DNA from: Mobula hypostoma
Lineage: Eukaryota
Length of the DNA stretch: 64,000 nucleotides
Assembly (NCBI RefSeq): GCF_963921235.1
Contig: NC_086107.1
Span: 96,658,001 to 96,722,000 of the forward strand
Direction: 5' to 3'
This document shows, one piece after another, positions 37,041 to 47,249 of the stretch (position 1 is the first letter of the stretch; each line of letters begins with the position of its first letter). The position numbers and the translations under genes are program-made. A model generated the notes under the pieces. That model had not been told where the DNA came from. It searched no databases and worked only from the letters and a program-made list of their open reading frames with translations.

Positions 37041-38630
37041 TGGTCTACACAGAATTGATATATTGATATGGATTGAGGACTGGATATTGCACGGGAAGCA
37101 CTGAGTAGGACCAAGGGGCTTGATTTCAGTTTGGGAACCTCTGACATATGGTTTGCCGTAGGGATTGATGCTGGTCGGCAACAATAATTTGGGTCAGTGG
37201 CTTGCGCAATGAATCTTAGTTTGCTAACACCACACAGCTACATGACATGGGCTGTGAGGGATATGCAGAGGAGCTTTGGTGGAGTTTGGTGGTGGGGGTT
37301 GGATATAGACAGATTAACTGAATGGACATGGAAACAGCAAATGAAGATAGTGTATTAAAACTCCAAGGTTATCCACTTTGGTGGACAGAAATAGAAAGGT
37401 TGAATGGTGAATAACTGGAAGATATTTGTGTTCAGAGAGACAAGCTAATCACTGAAATCTGGCTGGCCTTCCTGTTAGCCTGTATCGGAAGAGCATTTGA
37501 GTTCAAGAGTTGAGACAGCATGCTCTATTTACACAAGACCATTCTGAGACTACTTTCGGAAAACACATCCACATCTGTCTCCCTACCAGAGGACGGGTAT
37601 ACTTGTGAGGGAGGAAGCACAGTAAAGTTTCACCAGACTGACTTTTGGGATGGCGCATTTATTATAAAAGATATTAAATGACTCTTACTTGCCTGAGTTT
37701 AGGAGAATGAGGGGTGACCTCACTGAAATGCACAAGTGATTATGGGCAGATGTGCTTGGCCACCCATAGTCAGGGGGCCGTGGTCACCATACTGGGCTTT
37801 GCTGAGGAGAAATATCTTCAGCCAAATGGCAGTGAACCTTTGGTATTCTGTACACAGGAGGGCAGTGGGGCCCCAGTTAGGCGTATTGTCACTACACAGA
37901 TCAATACATTCTGCGATAGGATGAGCTCAGTGCAAGAAAGTGTCGCTGAGGTAACAGATCGGCTTTGATCCACTCAATGATGGTGCAGGCTAAATGGATG
38001 TTTCTTACTTCTATTTTGTATGCGAATAAGTTATTTACTTTAGGTCAGAATGTTGTTTTCTGGCACCTGTCAGAAAATGGTTCATATTAATGAACTATTG
38101 CTGAATGCATCCATTGTTTCTCTTGGAAGATTCAGTACCATGGAATCCACAGCATAGAAACAGCGCATCAGCCCGCCATCTCAATCAGTCCCTTTTCCAC
38201 ACCAATTCCTTTTACCAGCATTTATCTGTAGCCCACTATATGGCAATTCAAATAATCGTCCAAATTCTTCCTAAATATCGTTACACTCTCCACTTCACTT
38301 CCTTCTGGATGAAAATAAAATCTCCTCAGGTCCCTCACAGACTTATGCTAACTGGGGTTAGACACCTCTGGCATGGGGAGAGATTTCTCACAATTCGCTC
38401 TATTTATGCCTCTCACAATTTTGTATACCCGCACCAGGTTTTTCACCAGCCTCCTCTATCCAGTCTCTTTTTGTGTCTAAAACATGCCAATTCAGGCATC
38501 ATCCTGGTTAACCCCTTCCGTTGCAATCAAGTCCTTCCCAAAGCATGGTGTCCAGATACAGTACTCCCAGTGCCTCAGCTAATGAAGGTAAGTATCCCAT
38601 ATGGCTTCTTCACCAGTTCTGTGTAAAAGT

Positions 38631-38633
<3 letters not shown>

Positions 38634-38688
<55 letters not shown>

Positions 38689-38712
38689 CATATATATATA
38701 TATAAAGATATA
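38634..38712. repeat. (CA)n(TA)n microsatellite within a Tc1-type MITE
   Basis: Directly visible dinucleotide runs between TIR-like sequences. Confidence 0.9.
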
Positions 38713-39555
38713 TAGCTAGGGTGCCTAAGGATTTTGCACAGTACTGTAGTAATTTTATGTATTACACTGTACTCCTGCCACACAAAACAAAACAGATTTC
38801 ATGACATATGTGAGTGATGATAAACCTGATTCTGGTAGGGGTCTCTTGTGGACTGAGAGTGGGAAAGGGGGAGGGGGTGGGGAATCATGTTTGGGAGAGG
38901 GGAGGGAGCAGGAAGCACCGTAGAGACATTCTGTAATGATCATTAAACCAATGGTCTGGAATCAAATCACGTTGCCTGGTGACTCAGGACTGGGTGCATC
39001 TGCACATATGCTACCCACGCCCACGCCGGCACTCCTTCTCTGCCAGCTGCGCCCATACGCTTCCCGCGGCACTTCGCCCTGGCCATTCCCAACACCCTTT
39101 GCTCCCACCAGATTTACAAACTCGCTGTCCGTTCCACATTGACAAATACAGTACTGAGCCATCGTGTCAGGGATCTTTGAATTTACAGTATATACCGAGA
39201 TCCTTCTGTTCCCCAGTGCTCCCTAGGGCCCTACCTTTTGTGTGCAAACGGAAGATGCCCACCCAAGGTGCGCACTCTCTAGCCTCATTGATTTTCCTAT
39301 AGATCACCGCACAGGGAATCACTTGGTAGCTCTACTGCCCTTTCAACGCTCTATAGACAGCACTCCTGCAGTCCACCGAAATTCAGATTTATGTGCATCG
39401 AAACAGAGTAAAATGTATTGCTTTTATTAACAACCAACACAACTAACGGCCACACATTCTGGTGCCAACAATGCTTGGCAGAACAACAGAGAACACAGTA
39501 AGCAACAAAATGACAGCAAAACAAGTCGCTTTCCTCCCTCCCCCTCTCCCCCCCT

Positions 39556-39625
<70 letters not shown>
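39556..39625. repeat. (CT)n(CA)n compound microsatellite
   Basis: Directly visible dinucleotide runs. Confidence 0.95.
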
Positions 39626-39629
<4 letters not shown>

Positions 39630-39944
39630 CGCTCTGGGTCTCCAGCAGATTTGCAGACAATGGGCCGCTGACTTACCCAGCGAACTTCAGACTTGTAGAC
39701 ACAGGCCTCCAGGCATCGGGCTGCACTCTCAGACTTCTGATCAAGCTTTGGGCTTCGGCGTTCGGTATGGGCCCCGGGACTAGCCGATGACAGGACCCTG
39801 AATTCAGTCTGAATCCAAACCTGGTGCCCTCCCATCAGTCCACAGTCAATGGCTTTTGATTTGCTCTGCTGTTCATTTCAATCCCAAGGCACTGGGCAAT
39901 CCTCAATATATCTCCTGCCTTCTATAAGCTGAAATACCTCTCAA

Positions 39945-40253
39945 AGTACTGTGCAAAAGTCCTAGGCACATATATATAGCTAGGATGCCTAAGGTATCTG
40001 GTGGGAGGACAGGATTTTGGGAATGGTGAGGGTGGAGCACCGTGGGAGGGGTGTGGGACAGGTGGCAGAGAATGAGTGTCAGGGGCAGGGGATTACGCGG
40101 GTGCTAACATGCCCAGTGCCGAGACGCCAGGCAAGGCCACTTGATTCTAAACAATTAGCTTATTGATCATTACAGTATGTCTCTCTGGTGCAAATGTCTG
40201 AGGCACCATAGCTATACCTATACATATGTGCCTAAGACTTTTGCACAGTACTG
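39945..40253. mobile_element. Tc1-like MITE
   Basis: Inverted termini agtactgtgcaaaagtcctaggcaca ... tgtgcctaagacttttgcacagtactg|TA. Confidence 0.75.
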
Positions 40254-40656
40254 TATGCCCAGAAGTGACCTCAGGACACTTATTTCTAAAACTCTGCCCT
40301 ATCAAATACTGCAGTCACATTGTAGGGAACAGAACAGAGAACAGCACAGCACTGTACAGACCCTTCGGCCCATCATAACGGTGGCGAACATGATGCCAAA
40401 TTAAAGTAAGTTTCTTCTATCTCCCTCCGTTTCCTGCATGTTCATGCGTCTATCTAGCAGCTTCTTAAATGCTGATATTGTCTCCGTTTCTACCATTACC
40501 TCTAGCAGCCTGTTCCAGGCCCCGAGCATTGTGTGAAAACTTGCTCTCTGAACATCTCCTTTAAACTTTCCCCCACTCACCTTAAACGATGTCCCCTAGC
40601 ATTTAACCCTGGTTTCATGCTCACTATTTTGCCCTGTCACAGAATAAAATATTTAC

Positions 40657-41019
40657 CTGTCAGGGTCAACTTGGTTCCATTTCCGAAGGACAATTTCCCT
40701 AAACTCCAGCCTGCACAGAGATAAATGCCAGCGTCCGAGGGAGTCACTTTGGTTATGGTTAGGTTTAAGCTCTGGCTGTCCACCGACACGTTGAAGGATG
40801 AAGTATTCGAAAGCCCGTCGGACAGGAAGGTCTGCCTGGAGTTGAGAAACGAATACGCCAACAGCGTGGGGGCCTTTCCGTTCTGTTGCCGCATCCAGTA
40901 CACATTGCTGTATACGGTGAAGGTCTTATGCCGCATGAGACATGTCAGGGTCACTGTGTCTCCCAGCCGAACCGGCTGGGATAGAGCCGGCTGGATGATC
41001 AGGTAACTACACTGCACAC
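40657..41019 (-). CDS. VJ-type inhibitory receptor, exon 2 (Ig V-set domain with germline-joined J motif)
   Basis: Acceptor ccatttcccgcag| and donor G|GTAAAT; 363 nt, phase 1-1. Contains TVTLTC, WMRQQNGKAPTLL, LTITKVTPSDAGIYLC and FGNGTKLTLT. The two canonical Cys are 75 residues apart and there are 4 N-glycosylation sequons (NTS, NVS, NLT, NGT). Confidence 0.95.
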
Positions 41020-41159
41020 CTGCGGGAAATGGAGCGCAGAACAATCCCATTAGTGGAACGTGAAGGTAAAGAGCAGTCGTTACATTTACAACAGGGCCTC
41101 TGACATAGCTATCTGACAATCCCCGACTCTCTCCTTGTTCTCCCATTGGGCAGAAGTTA

Positions 41160-41664
41160 CAGAACTGTGCAAAAGTCTTAGGCACATGTAAAAAAATTAT
41201 GTAAAGTGTATTTCACTATTATCAAAATAATGAAATGAGAAGTTTCTAAACACAAAAAAACTATATAGAGCAGTAAACAGCGGAAAAAAAAACTAAATCA
41301 AATCACTGGTGTAACACACACAAATGCTGGAGGAATTCAGCAGGCCAGGCAGCATCTATGGAAAAAAGTACAGTCACCGTTTCGGGCCCAAACCCTTTGG
41401 CAGGATAGTCACCCTTTAAAACTGCATCAATTCTCTTAGGTACTCTGTCATGTAGTTTTATAAAAAAATCAGCTGGTTGGTTGTTCCAAGCATCTTGGAG
41501 AACTTGCCATAGTTCTTTTGCGGGCTTTGGCTGTCTCGCTTGCTTCTGTCTCTCCAGGTAATCCCAGACAGCCTCGACGATGTTGAGATCAGGCCTCTCT
41601 GGAGGCCACACCATCAGAAACCATATAAAATATCTCGGGTGCCGATGACTTTTGCACAGTACTG
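41160..41664 (-). mobile_element. Internally deleted Tc1 transposon with a Penelope mini-insertion
   Basis: TA-flanked TIRs matching at 17 of 18 positions. Transposase C-terminal peptide VWPPERPDLNIVEAVWDYLER...LWQVLQDAW. Confidence 0.88.
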
Positions 41665-41956
41665 TATAAAAGCTCGAGAGCAGCTTCAAGCACATGTGCA
41701 GCTTTTATTGTGCTCTTGAACAGACCTCTCATGCATTAAAATCCCTGATCTCCCAATCTAACAGAACACACACAAAATGCCGAAGGAACTCAGCAGGTCA
41801 GGTAGCATCTATGAAGGTGAATGAAGAGCTGGTGTTTCAGCCAAGACCCTTCATCAGGACAAAGATGAAAGACTACTTCTGTGTTCACGATCTTTCAGTC
41901 TACTTTGCACTTTAAACATCTATCTCCAGTGCACTGTTTCTATAATGTAACATTAT

Positions 41957-42257
41957 TGTTAGGTTTAGGAGCTCCAGCTCTCCAGAATATGCATAGCTGG
42001 CGTGGCCCCTTTAAAAACTCAGTCCCATCCGCTAATTGGTGGCATATGTTTTCGTGCCAGGATTTTAATACTTAGAATCCAAGTAGAGCTGATGATTGAG
42101 CACCAAACCCCAGTTCAGATCAGCATCTACTTGGATTCTCATCTAGTGTCTAGTTTAGGACCCTGGCCTTATTTCAGTCTTGTATCATGTCTCAGGTCTC
42201 GATTATAGTCTCGGATACTCCAGCCCTTAACCATCCTCGCCTAGGTCTCTTGTCACA
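41957..42257. mobile_element. Putative solo LTR
   Basis: Termini TGTTAG...GTCACA; flanks attat/actat form a 5-bp duplication with one mismatch; internal TTTAAAAA. Confidence 0.45.
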
Positions 42258-42817
42258 ACTATGTTCCGCATTCTGTTTTCCATTTGTACTATCTTGATGT
42301 ACTTACGTATAGAATGCTCTGTCAGGAGGAGACACAAACAAAAGCTTTTCATTGTATCTCAGTACATGTGGTGATAATAAACTTGTGTGCATTGGACTCT
42401 GGTCAGGTGATGTGTATATCCTGATAAAATATTAAGGTTCTGTGTTAATCTGGTTCATTCCTTTATCTGGCTCAGGGCAATTTGTTCACCGTGACTGAAT
42501 GCACACTATGTGCTTGAGATGGACAGATTTACAGGGGTGATCAGGCTGGGTGTGGAAGTAAAAACCTGTCGTTGGGCAGGGGCCACCTTTGCTCGTGTTG
42601 GGGTAGCATTGCGTTAGGGCCAGGCATGAAGTTTACACACAGGTGGACTGCGACGTTGGCCACCCTTCTAAAATACTCAGTGTAATGAGTTCTTCGTGCC
42701 TTTGAGGTTTTCAAAGCACTGGAATTGGTTAATTGTTGTTCAGTAAGTGTTCTTAATCGTTTAGATTTAATCTAAATGTTAATCTTGTAAGATCTCTTAC
42801 TAGCTCTTCTTTCAGTT

Positions 42818-42853
42818 AGTCCTGATGAAGCGTCTCGGCCTGAAACGTCGACT
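42818..42853 (+). ncRNA. Minimal hammerhead ribozyme motif in a short Penelope 3' copy
   Basis: AGTC-CTGATGA-AGCGTCTCGGCCT-GAAA-C-GTC-GACT, with an intact core and one mismatch in stem II. Confidence 0.6.
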
Positions 42854-44272
42854 GTACCTCTTCCTAGAGATGCTGCCTGGCCTGCTGCGTTCACCAGCAA
42901 CTTTTATGTGTGTTGCTTGAAATTCCAGCATCTGCAGATTTTCTTGTGTTTAGATTTGCTTGTTTTCTTGGATGACTCACTCTTCGTACTGCCGTCTCCT
43001 GATGCTTTCTGTTTAAACTTGTTTCTTTTGATAGGTTCAGGGAATCTGTTTTACTGGTATTATTTAAGCAGATGCCCAATTCATGCTAATCGCGGGGTCC
43101 TAGTTTTGAGAATGTAATGCCTCACGGTGTCGCTCAGCTGTTCTGTTGGAATTCTTATGAATAAACTCTGGTCGCCCTCTCTACAACGGAGTCTGCCTTT
43201 CCTCTGCAAAACACACAGAATGCCGGAGGAACTCAGCAGGCCAGGCAGCATCTAAGGAAATGAATAAACAATTGACGTTTTGGGCCGAAACCCTTCATCA
43301 GGACTGGAAAAAAGAGATGAGAAGTCAGAGCAAGAAGGAGTGGGGAGGATGCCTACCCTGGAGAAGTTTAAATCTTCTCTTCGATGGGAGTTCAGTGAAA
43401 CCCTCTCTCACTGCTCCCCCTCTGTGATCTCTGCGGCCCTCTGACAAATTTTTTTTCTTACGTCGACTGTTTATTCATTTCCATAGATGCTGCCCGACCT
43501 GCTGAGTTCCTCCAGCATCTTGTGTGTTTTGCCTCAGCTTTCCAGCAGCTGCAGATTTGTTCGTGTTTGTGTCTTTCCTCTGCACTTGGGCTCCACCATT
43601 GCCAGGGCGTGTTCTGACACTCAGATGTTATTGCCTAATTTCTGCTAATTGTTGGCAACTTCTCAAATCCTGCATTGGGTACCTTACACTGGTATATTTA
43701 GTAAACATTAAACAATTGTTATTAAAAAGACAGCTAGTGGCATATCCTAGAGAGTGAATATAACAGAGAATCTGGCTATTCTGCCCCTCTACTGAATTAT
43801 CCTCCTCAATCTCACCAAGATTTTGGCCAATAATGCAAATCCACCAAAATACAATGCCGATCACCTCAGCCAAACTCTAGGACCAGCAGGTCACATCCTC
43901 TCACCAGTCCCTGCCTAAAGAAGGCCTGACTGGGTTGAATGCAAATTCAGTATCGGGTGGATGCTGGAATTACTCAGCTGGTCTGGCTGCGTCTGTGGAG
44001 AACCCCACTCTGTCCATTCGATCTGCTGACCGGCCGTCTGAGCATTGTCAGCCTCGAGCTGGTAAAGTAAGCCTGGAATTCCAGGCGGCACCAGTAAAAG
44101 ATTAACGCGACTAAGCCCGCACTTCACGCCCAAGTTTCTTTCTGGTATCCGCGCCTTGCGCCTTTAACCCGAAATCCGAGGCCGCGCAGCGAAAGAGTTC
44201 GGGCCACTCGAATGAATTCGGAGAGGTGACAACTTTCGACACTCTAACGATCAGGACAATAGAAAAACTCAC

Positions 44273-44309
44273 AGTTCTGCAGAAGAACCGAGACGAACAG
44301 AGCCCACAT
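44273..44309 (-). CDS. VJ-type inhibitory receptor, exon 1 (signal peptide)
   Basis: ATG at 44309, translating MWALFVSVLLQN, with donor T|GTGAGT in phase 1. Splicing to exon 2 gives MWALFVSVLLQNCVQC/SYLIIQ, an Ig-type split leader. Confidence 0.85.
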
Positions 44310-44700
44310 GTCTGCCTTCACTACCAGGAGCACTTGCTTCCTCTGGCCCGCGTTACACACTCTATACCGCAGAGAGAGCCCGTAAAATAGGTCGCCCGAC
44401 AGTTTCTGCCCGCCCTTCCTTCCTCACACATCAAAGTCTCGGAAAGTTCCAGTGTCGGGTAAGTTGGGCCCAACGGAAAAAAAACAGAACGTGATATCGA
44501 AGTATCTTTTCAAGTCAAAAGATGCGACATTGCAAAGTTGACGCCAAACTGAACGGCCGCGGCTCGCAAACGGTGGCGCGGGCGATCCGCACTGGGCTCT
44601 GGTGCTCTGTCCCGGCACAGGAGGTACCGCGACCCATGTGTACGGCATCGCCCACACCATCCCATAGACATTAGATCGAGGAGAGGGGCCAGGTTTATGG
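44310..44700 (-). promoter_or_regulatory. Putative CpG-rich proximal promoter of the receptor
   Basis: CpG-rich and directly upstream of the ATG. On the minus strand: ETS-like GAGGAAG (44343-44337), GAGGAAGGAAG (44425-44415), GC box GGGCGGG (44415-44409) and NF-kB-like GGAACTTTCC (44450-44441). Confidence 0.5.
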
Positions 44701-45662
44701 AGGCATTTCATGGGATGTTTACACTGGTGCCGGTGGGGAAACGAACTCTCACAAAGATAAAGGGGTTGCCAATTCGGCGACGGCGCGCATTTCTGGTCGC
44801 CTTGCTGCGGGAAGATGCCGTTAAGATTCACCAGGTTATTCCCCGTCTGGAGTGCCTGAGTTATAAGGAGAATCTGGACTGGATGGGACATTTTTCTAGA
44901 GTGTAAGAGACTGAAGGATTTATTTGTTGAGATACAGCGAGGAATAGACTCTCACGGCCATGCCGCCCAGCAACCCCCGATTTAATCCTAGCCTAATCAC
45001 GGGACAATTGACAAATGACCAATTAATTTACCCGTACGTCTTTGGTCTGTGGGAGGAAACCACAGCACCCGGAGGAAACCCACTGGGTGACAGGGAGAAC
45101 GTACAAACTCCTTACAGGCAGTGGCAGAAATTGAACCCCCCCATTGCTGGTACTGTAAAGCATTGACCTTGTAGAGCAGGTTCCCCACGTCCCAGTCTGG
45201 GGTCTGCAGACCCCTCGGATAGTGCTAGAGGTCCATGGCATAACCCCTGGTCTAGAGGTTTATGAAATCATGAGGGACGTAAATAAGGAAACTTATTTCG
45301 TAAAGGTAAATAAGGAAAGATCACTGTCTTTTTCCAGGGGTAGGGGAGTCTAGAGGGCATAGGTTTGTGACGGGGAAGATTTAATAGCGACTCCAAGGGT
45401 GTATGAAATGGGGGTGGGAAAATGAGCTACTAGGGCCAGGAACAATTAAAATGTTTAAAAGACATTGGACAGGTAAATGGATAGGAAAGGTTTAGAGCAG
45501 GGGTACCCCTTTGGTTAATGGTAGGGGACGATGGCGTTAAAAGAGGTTGGGAACCCCTGGTTTGGAGGGAAATGGACCAAATGCAGGCAAATAGAAGTAG
45601 CTCAGGTAGGTAACTAGGTTGGCACAGATGAGATGGGCCAAAGGGCCCATTTGTGCGCTGTT

Positions 45663-46085
45663 TGTCACCAGGTTTGGATATGGCCCAAGTGCGGAGTGAG
45701 AGACACTGAAGCAGGTCGATAGTTCACAAACTTCAATGTGAACAGTGTTAAGGGGAAAGGAAAACAATAAACGCTAGGCCAAACAGGGCCGTTAACTAAA
45801 ACACTCAAATGGAAAATGAAGCCTATACTGCGGCTGAAAAGAACAACTAAGAATTAAATGAATACCGTTAGTCTTCAGACTCAGTTGACTCGACAGTCCA
45901 ATTTCTCAGGCAAGGTGGAATGCAAGCAGGCAGCGAAGCATTGCTGTGTCCAAGTCTCGACAAATACTACATTGGAGTGAATGGAGTTAAATACTATCAC
46001 AATGAAATAATAATTAGCTGACATGTGCATATTCACGAGCGCAATTGCCAAATCTGCTGCGCATGCCGAATCCGTGGTGGTGACA
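45663..46085. mobile_element. Solo LTR (Gypsy-type termini)
   Basis: Perfect 8-bp inverted termini TGTCACCA...TGGTGACA and a perfect 5-bp target duplication CTGTT (45658-45662 and 46086-46090). Confidence 0.85.
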
Positions 46086-46944
46086 CTGTTTTGCTTTATG
46101 ATTCCATGAAGGAACCTGAATGGGGCATCAAATCTGACCCCTGCTACCCTGGGACTGGTTCACTTAAACAGAACTGATGCTTTTTAAGTTAGGCAGAAAG
46201 GTCCAGGAGGTGGTGTTGGTGCGGTGAGGTGAAGTGGTATGGGGAACCTGATACACAGCGTAAGTACAACAAGTACTTCATGGTTCTTGGGTAGTTATTG
46301 CCATGGGCTGTGTCTCTTTAGTAGACTGGCATTTTCCATCTCATTCAACAGCTGGGAATCAGTATCCACTGACATCTCACAAATGTCTCTGATCTTGCAG
46401 AAGTTGAGAAACTATCTGCAGTTCATCCAGTAGTGAGTTGAATGCCACTGAATGGTTGCCCTATCAACCATTCCTTCACCAATATGTTCGGAAGAATCTT
46501 TGGAATGACTTGAGGGTGGGGGGGGTGATGAAAGCGTGGGTAGAGGACCATCATGTCCAGTAAATGTTGGTGGCGCCTAAAAACATGAGATAAATTGGAA
46601 CTCTCACAGAATGGCCAAGTCATCTCACATTTCCTGCAGGTAGAACAAATGCTGGCAGGCACTGTTGACATGAGCTGGCTGTAGAGAATTTCCGCCTACT
46701 TGATTTCTGCGGGCGTGCTGCAGGCTGACTGGTAGACATCAAGTTGATGGATATTTGTTTGATCTGCAGCACAGTTTGCTACAATGCCTGAGGTGGTTCA
46801 AGGTCAAGTCAAGAGAGATTACACCTACCTGATCACTGCTTCCTAAAGTCTATGGTATTCTTTGAAATGCAAAGATATTGAAGAGATGTTCCAGAAAAGG
46901 CAAATGATGATAAAGTATAGATAATTTACTTTATGCATCAGCAT

Positions 46945-47249
46945 TGTGTGGGTACCTGACCAAGTGGTTAAGGCACTGGACTAGCGACCTGAAGGTCGTG
47001 AGTTCGAGCCCCAGCTGAGGGACCGTGTTGTGTCCTTGAGCAAGGCACTTAATCACACATTGCTCTGCGACGACACTGGTGCCAAGCTGTATGGGTCCTA
47101 ATGCCCTTCCCTTGGACAAGGGAGAGGGGAGACTTGCAGCATGGGCAACTGCTGGTCTTCCATACAACCTTGCCCAGTCCTGCGCCCTGGAGAGTGAAGA
47201 CTTTTCAGGCGCAGATCCATGGTCTCGCAAGACTAATGGATGCCTTTAA
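46945..47249 (+). mobile_element. tRNA-derived SINE with CORE-like segment
   Basis: A box TGACCAAGTGG and B box GTTCGAGCC, then gttgtgtccttgagcaaggcacttaa. A third copy lies at about 56283-56585 (-). Confidence 0.75.

Noticed and set aside
40657-41019. Germline-joined Ig light-chain or TCR cluster
   Set aside because: I found no C1 constant exon or RSS in the window, and the V exon splices in phase to a stalk/TM exon and tyrosine-motif exons instead.
22330-43310. Selection against sense-strand hammerheads in receptor introns (all five sense copies damaged, the antisense copy intact)
   Set aside because: The sample is small, several lesions are simple CpG decay (CGAAA to CAAAA), and copies outside the gene are also often damaged.
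22068-44309. Naming the gene CD8B, PD-1 (PDCD1), NCR3 or CD28/CTLA4
   Set aside because: CD8beta lacks a long two-tyrosine tail, PD-1 needs a TxYxx(I/V) ITSM, NKp30 has a charged TM residue, and no MYPPPY-like motif is present. No symbol was assigned without a search.
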